DNA from: a bacterium
GTDB lineage: Bacteria; SAR324; NAC60-12
DNA: 20,032 nucleotides
Assembly: GCA_965233585.1 (NCBI GenBank)
Contig: CBDDTI010000743.1
Location: 1 to 20,032, forward strand
Reading direction: 5' to 3'
The position numbers and the translations under genes are program-made. The notes under the pieces are model-generated. The model was not told where the DNA came from. It worked only from the letters and a program-made list of their open reading frames with translations, and searched no databases. This document shows, piece after piece, positions 9,888 to 18,379 of the stretch; within the stretch, counting starts at the first letter, position 1, and each line of letters begins with the position of its first letter.

Positions 9888-11628
9888 TTAAATTGGATTT
9901 TTAATTACAATGTTTAAAATTACTCTTCGATCGTCGTTAAATTCAATCAAATTCCCGTCTAATCTCCTCAGCTCGATCTTCATGTTGTCTAAATAATCAA
10001 CATTGCATCTTATGAATTCTAAATGTTCGAAATGGATAGAACAGTAATCATTTTGTGTGGATTGGCCGATTGTCGGTATAACTCTAAATATTGGGTAAAA
10101 TTTGTCTCCAATAATGGAATGTTGAACAAAATTTGCATAACATATCATAACACCGGGATATAACTTGTAAACGTCTATTGGTTGTGGTGCTTCAAAAAAT
10201 CTTTCCTTAGTCACTGCAAGCGTGACGTAATCACCTCGTTCCTCAATTCTTGCAAGTTCTTTCTCCGAGTAATCGTACATTCCTAAAAACGGGCAAAAGT
10301 TTTTGGGAATGCTTATCGAAAAGGGTTTATCTGTTTTAGCCACAATCCTAAAGAACCCGTTAAAGTTGTCAAAATGTAAAATTTCCTTTAGTTCTTCAGA
10401 TAACAGACGGTTCATTGATGTTGTTAGATCATCAGAGTTGCAGAAATAAAGTTTTGGTATTTCCACGACGTGTCTTTTTGTTTCGTTTTGGGTCATTAAC
10501 ACATTAAAGATAAACGGATTCCTTCCAATTGATTCTGGAATGCTACATATGGTGTTGGGAAAAGATATATCCATCAAGGCTATTTTTGCGTTTTGATTCA
10601 AATTTATTGGATGTTTTAAGTGCACCCAAAAGCTACTATTTGTATTTTCGTAATTCAATTTGGTATCTACTTGTGAATCAATTCGTACGTGCGTTAATTC
10701 GTAATCCATATTTTTGTCTTTTTCTTTTAAATGAAAATGCACTATAGACGGCTGACCTTCGTTTAAACTTAAAAGATTCCCAAAAGAATCTGTAAATTGA
10801 GTGTTTATCGTTTCGATATTGGTTTGTCGCACCTGATAATATCTGATTTTTTTTACATTATGGTAAAAATAATAACCTTCCATTTGATTAGGCAAAGTCG
10901 TTGTAAACATAATTGTGGAATAACTATTTCCGCTGGGAACGTCGGAAATAATATTTGATTTTATTTGAACCAGACCGGGTTTCAAAACGGAATACGCTTT
11001 AATTGCTGTAGTTAGAAGCGCAAAATTTTTCTTTACAGAAAAGTATGCATATTCGTTGTCGAATAACTTAATTGTTTTTGCTTGGGAGGACACAAAGCCG
11101 TTTTGGTAACATTTTAATTTTAAAATTTTTATTAAATGTTTATGTATCAACAAATATCTATTATAATTGTAATTTTCATTTTCCATTTCTTTTTTCGGAT
11201 TTTCATCTATTACGTAAACTTTTTCATCTTTACCCCCTGATTTGGGTTTAAAACTATACAATCTCATTCCTTCCTTGTAAATATATTGCATCAAGTTTTG
11301 CATCAGTCTATGCACTGTCAATATCCTCTTCATCTAAATCAGGCAAAACCCAAATGGATTTTGTCTGGTCTAAAATTTCGGACCTTATGTCTTCTTCCGA
11401 AGAATCTATAGATGTTAATTCGTTTTTTAGCGTGATAAAACAAGGTTGGCCTTTTGACAAAGTCAATTGGTTGTAATTGTAATGTAATCCAATAGACACT
11501 ACCCCAATTTCCCATTCTCTATCTTTCAAGTCTAAATTTTGTGGAAATAAATTGGTAAAAGAATTCAAAGTATTTTTGTCATCCGTATCGGAACTAGCGT
11601 TTGACACGCAATAAATATTATAATCCAT
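9888..11628 (-). CDS. Minor capsid protein (penton/PX-like) with two tandem penton domains, split by a +1 frameshift near 11310-11333
   Basis: ORF 11308-11628 has the penton N-terminal motif (SNASS..NTLNSFTNLFPQNLDL..EWEIGV). ORF 9888-11333 completes domain 1 (..FTDSFGNLL..IVHFHLK) and then repeats the fold (IDSQ..NTNSSFWVHLKHPINL..KIALMDISFP..HSIIGD..PIFRVIP..IELRRLDGNLIEF). Confidence 0.75.
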
Positions 11629-11634
11629 TCCGCG

Positions 11635-12724
11635 CTATTGTGGCATATCGACTATGTCTTTTTCGTATGTCCAACTAGGGTTTTTATACCCTTTCCATTT
11701 TATTAAAGCCATTTTTTCTCCGGTTTTTTTATCTTTTTTTGTCCGAAGAATCTTTTCGATGGCAAATACTTCTGGCTCATCTACGGGTGTAAGTTCACTT
11801 TCATAAAAATTTCCTTCCAAAGTTTCATCCTGTTCCAAAGTCTCTAACTCATAAGTGGGTTTTGGCAAACGTGTAGAAATTGATTTTATTTTAAAAATTT
11901 CTTCTTTGAATTGCGGCGTAAATCCTCTGTCGAATTTCCCCTTCATAATGCTAATACGCACGGTTTGACCGATTTTGTATTTTGGTTTCGTTCTTTTAAT
12001 CTTTGAATAAACCAATTCTTGTTTTCTTCTAATGTGATAGGTTCTCCCGGGGAGTTCGGCTTCGGCGGGTGACATTCCGATCATGCGATGTTTACGATTG
12101 TTGTAGGTATGGACAAGAAAGGGTAACGCGTCAATGTACCTATCGGTATTTTCGTGAGTCATGTATCTAAACAACAGGTTTTTTAAAGTTCGGTTAAATC
12201 TTTCCACAAAGGGGGCGTGCACAAAATTATTGCTGTGTAACAGAAGAATGTTATTGTTTTTGCAGTAGGCTTGAAACAATTTATTCTTAATTTCCGCTCC
12301 TTTATCGGCTAAAATTCTACGCGGAAATTGTTTTGCTCTTTTCATAATAGATTCAAATCCTTCCATAAATGTTTTTGCCATTTTATTTTTTAAGTGGTTC
12401 TACAAAGGCGAATCGTGTAAAAATATCGATGGCTGTCAAAAGGTATCTATTAGAATCATTTTGTTCAGCCAAATTTCCTAAATCTATAAGGTCAATTTGA
12501 AACTGATACCGTTTCCGATAAGCAAATGTTGGATTTCTCGGTCTGGGAAATTTAGGCTGTTTGTGTAATGTGTAGGAGTCTGTTCCTTTTAGCCACTCCT
12601 CGATTAACGTCAAAGGGATTTGTTTTTCATAATAATGATAGATTAGGGCGGGAGATGCAAAAGCTATTGGCGAACCCGGTTTCGCGTATTCTTTTAAAAA
12701 AGTCTCTTTTGTTGTTGTCGACAT
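11635..12724 (-). CDS. int: Polinton retroviral-like DDE integrase with C-terminal chromodomain, split by a +1 frameshift at ~12385
   Basis: FQIDLIDL..YLLTAIDIFTRFAFVEPLK / ILADKGAE / VERFNRTLK / YNNRKHRMIGMSP, and chromodomain FAIEKIL..LIKWKGY..SW. Removing one A from CTTAAAAAATAAAATG joins the two ORFs as PLKNKMAK. Confidence 0.92.
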
Positions 12725-13126
12725 TTAAAACAGAGGTTCTTTCGATATTTTGCGCCTTTTTTTCCTAGATTGCGTAATTGACGAGGGTTTCCTTTTTCTG
12801 TTCGAATTTTGAGTTCGATAGTCGTCGTTGCTATCGGCTTGTCTGGCAGCGTTAAGCAAAATACCTCGTGTAGCGGATTTTAAACGTTGTTTTGCTTTTC
12901 TGCCCACCGGTTGACCCTCCAAAGCTTCTATCGCCGTTTCTACAGCCGCTCTTGTCGCTTCTTTTTTTAAAGCTTTTCCTACAGATTTTATCGGGGCGCT
13001 TTTAGCTACACGTCCAATAGTTTTTATCGTCGATTTTGCTACCGGCATTAATCCGCGAAAAATTCCGGAAAAAAGCGATCCAATTCCCGAACCTCGTTGC
13101 CAATGTAAACCGCTGTGGTAATTCAT
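12725..13126 (-). CDS. Virion core / membrane-lytic protein (adintovirus cupiennin-like, pVI/pVII-like)
   Basis: N-terminal QRGSGIGSLFSGIFRGLMP (protease-site-like Gly motif plus amphipathic helix) and basic C-terminus RKRK..RKKRRK, typical of this Polinton gene. Confidence 0.7.
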   Translation of the reverse strand: MNYHSGLHWQRGSGIGSLFSGIFRGLMPVAKSTIKTIGRVAKSAPIKSVGKALKKEATRAAVETAIEALEGQPVGRKAKQRLKSATRGILLNAARQADSNDDYRTQNSNRKRKPSSITQSRKKRRKISKEPLF

Positions 13127-13135
13127 ATATGTATT

Positions 13136-13894
13136 TTATTGATTTAGACTTTTACGACATCTGTACAACGACATAACACTGACGCCTAAAATGTGAGCCA
13201 TATTTTTGACGCTTAAATATCGCAATTTGGATTCTTTTAAAAAGGCATAAGCGCATGCAGCTAATAAAGTTCTTGGAGCAAAAGAACTATTTTCATTTTT
13301 TTTTAATATTTGTTCAATGGACGTCATTTCTTGATAATTTAACTGCAGCGGCTGTAAAAAATATTCTTTCATATCTTTCGCCTTTATGTAATTGTCTAAT
13401 TTATTCATGTCAGTCAAATCCCGTCTGTATAATTTCATCCAACGCCACACTATCTTTGGATTAATGCCGACTTCTTGACACAAATGACTTATCGGACGGG
13501 GAATTTTTTCTTTTATCAACCCTTGATACAACGTCATAACCACCAATCCTTTGGCATCTATTTTAATTTTTCCACCTTTTCGATAATGCCACGCTGCTAT
13601 ATCTGACCATAGATTCAAAATAACATTTGTAACATCATTATTTAAATGTAATTTATTGCATAAAATTTTTAAAATATTTTTTTCTTTCTCTAAATGCTGG
13701 TTTTTTTGTTTAATTTCTTTATCAAATGTTTTTATTTTGTCCCATTCTGTTTCCAAATTTGATTTTGTTAAATTATAGCAATATATTTTATCAATAACTA
13801 ATCCACACTCGGTACACACCACGTCCCCTTGCCTGGTGTCTTCTATTGGATATTGATGATTGCATATTTTAGTATAATCTACTTTCTCGTGCAT
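13136..13894 (-). CDS. TFIIB: TFIIB-like transcription initiation factor (virus-encoded)
   Basis: Zn ribbon CNH..IEDTRQGDVVCTECGLVID (compare TFIIB VEDYRAGDMICPECGLVV); two cyclin-fold repeats LCNKLHL..TLYQGLIKEKIPRPISHLC and APRTLLAACAY..SVKNMAHILGVSVMSL. ATG at 13894; the ORF track starts at a TTG at 13930. Confidence 0.85.
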   Translation of the reverse strand: MHEKVDYTKICNHQYPIEDTRQGDVVCTECGLVIDKIYCYNLTKSNLETEWDKIKTFDKEIKQKNQHLEKEKNILKILCNKLHLNNDVTNVILNLWSDIAAWHYRKGGKIKIDAKGLVVMTLYQGLIKEKIPRPISHLCQEVGINPKIVWRWMKLYRRDLTDMNKLDNYIKAKDMKEYFLQPLQLNYQEMTSIEQILKKNENSSFAPRTLLAACAYAFLKESKLRYLSVKNMAHILGVSVMSLYRCRKSLNQ

Positions 13895-13950
13895 AATTTC
13901 GATGTTTATTGTATAGATATCAAAACTCAACTAAATAAACATTATTCACA

Positions 13951-14493
13951 TCATTCGATTTTATATTTTTTTAATAATTTAATAATAATTTTTATTCCTT
14001 GTTTAGCATCTTCTTCGCTGGAGGCTCCAATTATAACTATTTTTCCCGACGAAAATATTAAAGCCGAACACTTTTTTACTTTTAAAAATACGCCTGGGAA
14101 TTTTTCTGGGTCGTATCTCTTATGAATGATTTCAAAATCTTCATTCGATTTTAAATGGTTGTAAAATCTTAATAATTTGATCTCTTCTTTTGATTGATAC
14201 AAACAAGTCATGTTTTCTACTTTAAATATTTTAACAACAAATTCGCTATTTATAACAAGTTTTAGTTCGTCTAATGCTTTCGCAATGTGTTCTGTAGAGG
14301 GAATTTTTGTAATGTTTACGTGAAAATGTCGATTTTGCTTTGTTTTGGTAAATATAATAAAGGAATATTTTTTTCTTATTACAACAAAATTATTATAACG
14401 TTTTATTGTATTATCGGTATTAAAAGAGATTTCGTCGCTGTTAATAAGATGAACTTTACAACTAATTTTTACATTGCTGACCAGCACTTCCAT
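13951..14493 (-). CDS. TBP: TATA-binding protein (TBP)-like factor, core only (virus-encoded, 180 aa)
   Basis: Repeat 2 FKVENMT..IKL..YDPEKFPGVFLK..ALIFSSGKIVIIGASSEED matches TBP (FKIQNM..YEPELFPGL..LIFVSGKVVLTGA). Diverged repeat 1: VSNVK..YNNFVVIR..FIIF..VNITK. Likely ATG at 14493. Confidence 0.88.
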   Translation of the reverse strand: MEVLVSNVKISCKVHLINSDEISFNTDNTIKRYNNFVVIRKKYSFIIFTKTKQNRHFHVNITKIPSTEHIAKALDELKLVINSEFVVKIFKVENMTCLYQSKEEIKLLRFYNHLKSNEDFEIIHKRYDPEKFPGVFLKVKKCSALIFSSGKIVIIGASSEEDAKQGIKIIIKLLKKYKIE

Positions 14494-14499
14494 CTTGTT

Positions 14500-15843
14500 A
14501 TGGGCGTACCTGAAAAAAGCGGAATTGCCGGATTGGCCGTTGAACAAAACGACGGCACTGAAAGTGGTTTAGCGCTTCACTCACCGTTAGAAGTAGAAAC
14601 AGGTTTATTAGATGGGGCTCACGTTATTTACAATAGCGTGGCTTCTATCACCAACACCGGACCGGTCGAATTTCTTGTTCCTCGCGATAACGAATGCTCT
14701 TTTATACTGAATCAAACCAGACTTAGCGGCTATTTTGTAGTGACAAATGACGATGGTGAACAGGTAAAAAATGATACTAAAGTCACACTGGCTAATCATT
14801 TTGCCGCTTGTTTATTCAGCCAAGTAGAAGTATATTTAAACGGGGTCCAAGTAGCTGATTTAAGTTCAGCGGTCACTTATCCTTGGAGAATGTTCATACA
14901 ATCATTCCTAAGTTACAATTCGGAGGTGAAAAAAACTTATCTGGCTGCTGAAGGATATTATCCCGAAAGTGCTAACGAAGTTGATACCATAAATGTTACA
15001 ACCGCCACACCGTCTTTGAATAAAAGAAAGCAGTTAATTATGGATGGTAAAAAAGTGTATTTCAATACGCGCTTAGCCGTTGATCTGTTTGACACCGACA
15101 GATTTTTACCTCCGAATGTGGACATCAAAATTAAGCTGGTTAGATCCGCTGAAAAGTTTGGTTTGCTTCAAGATGCTGCGGCAGAAAAACCTTTTAAAAT
15201 TGTTTTAAAAGATGTTAAATTACATATGAGAAAGGTGTTGCCCACATTATTGCTACGGGAAAGTTTTAAAAACAAACTCTTAAAAGAACCGTGCTACCTG
15301 CCTTTTAGCGCCACACGTTTAAGACATTATGTTATTCCTCAAGGCGTGTCGTCCTTTAACATCGCCAATATCGCTAATGGTACTTTGCCGAAACAAGTGT
15401 TTTTTGTGATGGTTCACAATCAAGCCATGTCACACGCCCCGGACAAAAACCCTTTCAATTTTCAACATTTTAATCTGTCTACTTTTAATTTAAAAAAGAA
15501 CGGACAATGCGTATTTCCCAGACCATTTCAACCTAATATAAACGAGGGGGACGCCATTGACTTGTATCGGCATTTATACGACAGTATTGGCATTTCGCAC
15601 GGCAATCAATCCATTGGTTTAACGTATGAACAATATTTAAACGGAAGATTTTTTCTAGCGGCCGATTTAACGCCGGATCAATGTAATTCGTTCCACGTGC
15701 ATCCGGAAAATTACGGAAATTTAGATTTAGAATTGGCTTTTTCCGTAATAACTCCTCATCCTATATACGTTCTGGCTTTTTCTGTTTTTAACTCCGGCAT
15801 TAAAATAGATCAATTCCAACAAGTCATAAAAGGAACAAATTAA
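14500..15843 (+). CDS. MCP: Major capsid protein (double jelly-roll hexon / PY), 447 aa
   Basis: GPVEFLVP..LNQTRL..LFSQVEVYLNG..YPWRMFI..DRFLPPNVDIKIKLVR..LPKQVFFVMV..NPFNFQHFN..DLTPD..GNLDLEL are Polinton MCP motifs. Likely start is the ATG at 14500. Confidence 0.9.
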   Translation: MGVPEKSGIAGLAVEQNDGTESGLALHSPLEVETGLLDGAHVIYNSVASITNTGPVEFLVPRDNECSFILNQTRLSGYFVVTNDDGEQVKNDTKVTLANHFAACLFSQVEVYLNGVQVADLSSAVTYPWRMFIQSFLSYNSEVKKTYLAAEGYYPESANEVDTINVTTATPSLNKRKQLIMDGKKVYFNTRLAVDLFDTDRFLPPNVDIKIKLVRSAEKFGLLQDAAAEKPFKIVLKDVKLHMRKVLPTLLLRESFKNKLLKEPCYLPFSATRLRHYVIPQGVSSFNIANIANGTLPKQVFFVMVHNQAMSHAPDKNPFNFQHFNLSTFNLKKNGQCVFPRPFQPNINEGDAIDLYRHLYDSIGISHGNQSIGLTYEQYLNGRFFLAADLTPDQCNSFHVHPENYGNLDLELAFSVITPHPIYVLAFSVFNSGIKIDQFQQVIKGTN

Positions 15844-15846
15844 ATC

Positions 15847-16329
15847 ATGGAAAACGGATTATCAAATATCTTTTTATCCAATTATATTCGACCAAGATGT
15901 AAATATTTCATCGGGGTTTTTTCAAGCGATAATTTGCCGTCCGATTCGCTTGAGTTGCCTTGTTGCTTGATCACCAACTTATCCAAAAAAAATCAAAAAG
16001 GATCACATTTCATAGCGATGTATATCAACGGAAAAAATCAACTCTATTATTTTGATTCATTCGGTTTTTTACCGCCGATATGGAATCAATGTTTGATGAA
16101 GTTCTTACGACCTTGGATAGAAAAAAACTCATTCAAAACAATCCTGTCTTATTCCATTCAGGATTTTCGTTCTTTGTTTTGCGGCTGGTACGTGACCGCT
16201 TTTTGTTTATCCGTGGGCAACAATTTAATGTCTCCTCAACAATTTGTTAAAATATTTGTAAAAAAACCCAAAATAAAAAATGATGAAATTGTAACTCATT
16301 TTATAAAAAAACTTGAAAATAAACGATGA
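15847..16329 (+). CDS. Adenain-like cysteine protease (virion maturation)
   Basis: FIGVFSSD..ITN..GSHFIAMY..YYFDSFG..IQDFRSLFCGWY supplies catalytic His, Asp and Cys plus the oxyanion Gln. Confidence 0.92.
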   Translation: MENGLSNIFLSNYIRPRCKYFIGVFSSDNLPSDSLELPCCLITNLSKKNQKGSHFIAMYINGKNQLYYFDSFGFLPPIWNQCLMKFLRPWIEKNSFKTILSYSIQDFRSLFCGWYVTAFCLSVGNNLMSPQQFVKIFVKKPKIKNDEIVTHFIKKLENKR

Positions 16330-16346
16330 TATATATTTTACTTTCA

Positions 16347-17192
16347 TTATAATTTCGGGTATTTTCCCGGAAAAAGTAATTTTTTTTTAACAGCATCTGC
16401 ATCAGTTGTTGAAAGTTTTTTTGATTTAGATCTAGTTTGTACGGGAGAAATAGTAAAAGTTTTCTTTTTCGCACCTCCTGATCCTGTTTTGAGGGATGAC
16501 ATTGAAGCTGAAGGGGATTTTGATGCTTGTGAAGAGACCGAGGCTATATCTTTACCAATTTTTTCTGTGTCAAATATGGACAATTCTTTCATATGATCTC
16601 TTACAAGGTGTTTGCCGAATTGCGCATCGTCAACATACTGCTTCCCGCATGCGGTGAAAGGACAAACTATTTTGCCGTCTGAATTTTTTTGTGTCAATGC
16701 CTTTATAACAGGCGAATTTCGCCATTCTGGCATGTCAGGAGTTGAAGTATCGTCCTTGCTTTTTGGTCTTGAAGCGGTATAAAACAAGTCTGGATCGGGT
16801 TCCCTTTCCATAATGGGAGTAGTGGGCAAAAACTGAGCGGTATTTTCTTTTTGTTGGGGAGTTTGAGCGGTTGTTGATCTTGAAATAGATTGGTACGTGC
16901 GACCCGTACTGCTATCGACTTGTACTGGCGGCATAACATTCGATATATTATCAGAACCAAAACGGTACAATTTATCACCGCTTTGATTCATTTTTTGCCT
17001 GTCTTGTAAATTTTTAAAATTAATGGCATTTTCGATGTAATTGGACGTATTTGGTTTTTCATTCATAGAAATAAGTTCTTTTTTTGTTTCATCATCTTCT
17101 ATATTTTTTATTAAAGAATGATATAGCCTTTTGGGGACTAAAAACATGGAATATATTTCATCATTTGTTTTTCTTTTCACACCTGAACTCAT
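16347..17192 (-). CDS. Polinton protein with a C2H2 zinc finger and basic Ser/Thr-rich tail
   Basis: N-terminal MFLVP motif; CPFTACGKQYVDDAQFGKHLVRDH (C-x4-C-x12-H-x4-H); basic C-terminus. Confidence 0.7.
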   Translation of the reverse strand: MSSGVKRKTNDEIYSMFLVPKRLYHSLIKNIEDDETKKELISMNEKPNTSNYIENAINFKNLQDRQKMNQSGDKLYRFGSDNISNVMPPVQVDSSTGRTYQSISRSTTAQTPQQKENTAQFLPTTPIMEREPDPDLFYTASRPKSKDDTSTPDMPEWRNSPVIKALTQKNSDGKIVCPFTACGKQYVDDAQFGKHLVRDHMKELSIFDTEKIGKDIASVSSQASKSPSASMSSLKTGSGGAKKKTFTISPVQTRSKSKKLSTTDADAVKKKLLFPGKYPKL

Positions 17193-17195
17193 CCT

Positions 17196-17570
17196 TTAAC
17201 GACGACGTTGCAAGCTCTTTTTTGCAATAATTTGAGCTAAAATAGGGACGATAATGCTGGCAATTGCCGATAAAGTTCCTAAAATTCCGCCCCTTTGTAG
17301 TATTATTCTTTTTTTTGAAATGTCGGAAGAGCGACGAGGCGGCGTGGCAAGACGTCTGAACTCCCCTAAATGAGCTCTTATTTTTTTCTGAAGTCGTGTT
17401 CGCACTTCGCCATGTAAGGGCAATTCGCCGTTCAAAACGTAATGTAAAATACGACAAAGCAATTCAACGCCGCGATCGTCCAAATAATTTAAAAAATTAG
17501 CGCAATCTTGATGTTTTAATTTTTTTATTGCATTAAAAAGCGAATTAGCTTTTTCTAATTTTTTTGACAT
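17196..17570 (-). CDS. Virion core protein (adintovirus gasderminX / pX-like)
   Basis: LCRILHYVLNGELPL..FRRLA..KKRIILQRGG followed by hydrophobic ILGTLSAIASIIVPILAQII, i.e. an adenain-type GG cleavage site before an amphipathic helix; adjacent to the ATPase. Confidence 0.7.
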   Translation of the reverse strand: MSKKLEKANSLFNAIKKLKHQDCANFLNYLDDRGVELLCRILHYVLNGELPLHGEVRTRLQKKIRAHLGEFRRLATPPRRSSDISKKRIILQRGGILGTLSAIASIIVPILAQIIAKKSLQRRR

Positions 17571-17617
17571 TTTAACAGTAATTATTTTTAATTTTTCTTA
17601 AATAGATATGAAATTTT

Positions 17618-18313
17618 TTAAACAGTAACGTAGGCTTTCATTAATCCTTCATAAGGAAAGATGTTACTTCGAATTCTGACTTTATCGTCTTGCTGTTGAT
17701 GGAAATCTAGAAGAAGATATCCGTGACTTCGACCGTTAACTGCTTCTCTATATGCTTTATTTAAGATTCCAACACGACCGGGAAAAATTTGTTTTGCCAA
17801 ATGTGCAACGGCGCTTCTGTCCCGCGGATTGTTAAAAAGGATCATGTATTGCGTATTTATGCTTAATGTCCGTAAATCGCCTTTTTTGTCAAATAAATTT
17901 TGACAAAGAAAAATGGTGAAACAATTGTAATGATGGGTCAAAACCGTAAAAAAATGTTTTAATATTTGCCCAACATCGTCTAAATAATCGTCAAAAACAA
18001 TCAATTTGGGCATTTTTCTCGGATATAATTCTAAAATATCTTTCAACTCTTCAATTGAATTTGGAATATTTTTGAATTTACGAAAAGACGGAAATTGTGT
18101 GTCAGAACCTCTGCCCTCATTCATGTCGTCTTCCATGTACTGATATGCTTTTTGCGGTTCCTTGTAAAACAACAACATTGTTTCAGGCGGAGTTGCAAAA
18201 TATTCGTGCCGACGAAGCACTAAATGTTTTAGCCACGTTGTTTTTCCGCTTGATGTTGGACCGACAACCAACATGTTGGACGGAATATTAAACCTCAAAT
18301 CAAAACCGTTCAT
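17618..18313 (-). CDS. A32/FtsK-like genome packaging ATPase
   Basis: Walker A GPTSSGKT, Walker B LIVFDD, FT..HHYNCFTIFLCQNLF..RTLSINTQY..NNPRD and GYLLLDF. Confidence 0.93.
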   Translation of the reverse strand: MNGFDLRFNIPSNMLVVGPTSSGKTTWLKHLVLRRHEYFATPPETMLLFYKEPQKAYQYMEDDMNEGRGSDTQFPSFRKFKNIPNSIEELKDILELYPRKMPKLIVFDDYLDDVGQILKHFFTVLTHHYNCFTIFLCQNLFDKKGDLRTLSINTQYMILFNNPRDRSAVAHLAKQIFPGRVGILNKAYREAVNGRSHGYLLLDFHQQQDDKVRIRSNIFPYEGLMKAYVTV

Positions 18314-18379
18314 TTTATTAATTTTAAAAAAGAAATTACAAAATTTTCTTTTAAATAAAAGTAATGATTTAATTATTTT

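Noticed and set aside
13136..14493. Host chromosomal TBP and TFIIB genes
   Set aside because: Intronless, highly diverged from the very conserved cellular proteins, and packed within a few bases of viral genes.
14287..14499. 71-aa N-terminal extension of the MCP in the ORF track
   Set aside because: It is the antisense of the TBP gene; capsid-like sequence begins after the ATG at 14500.
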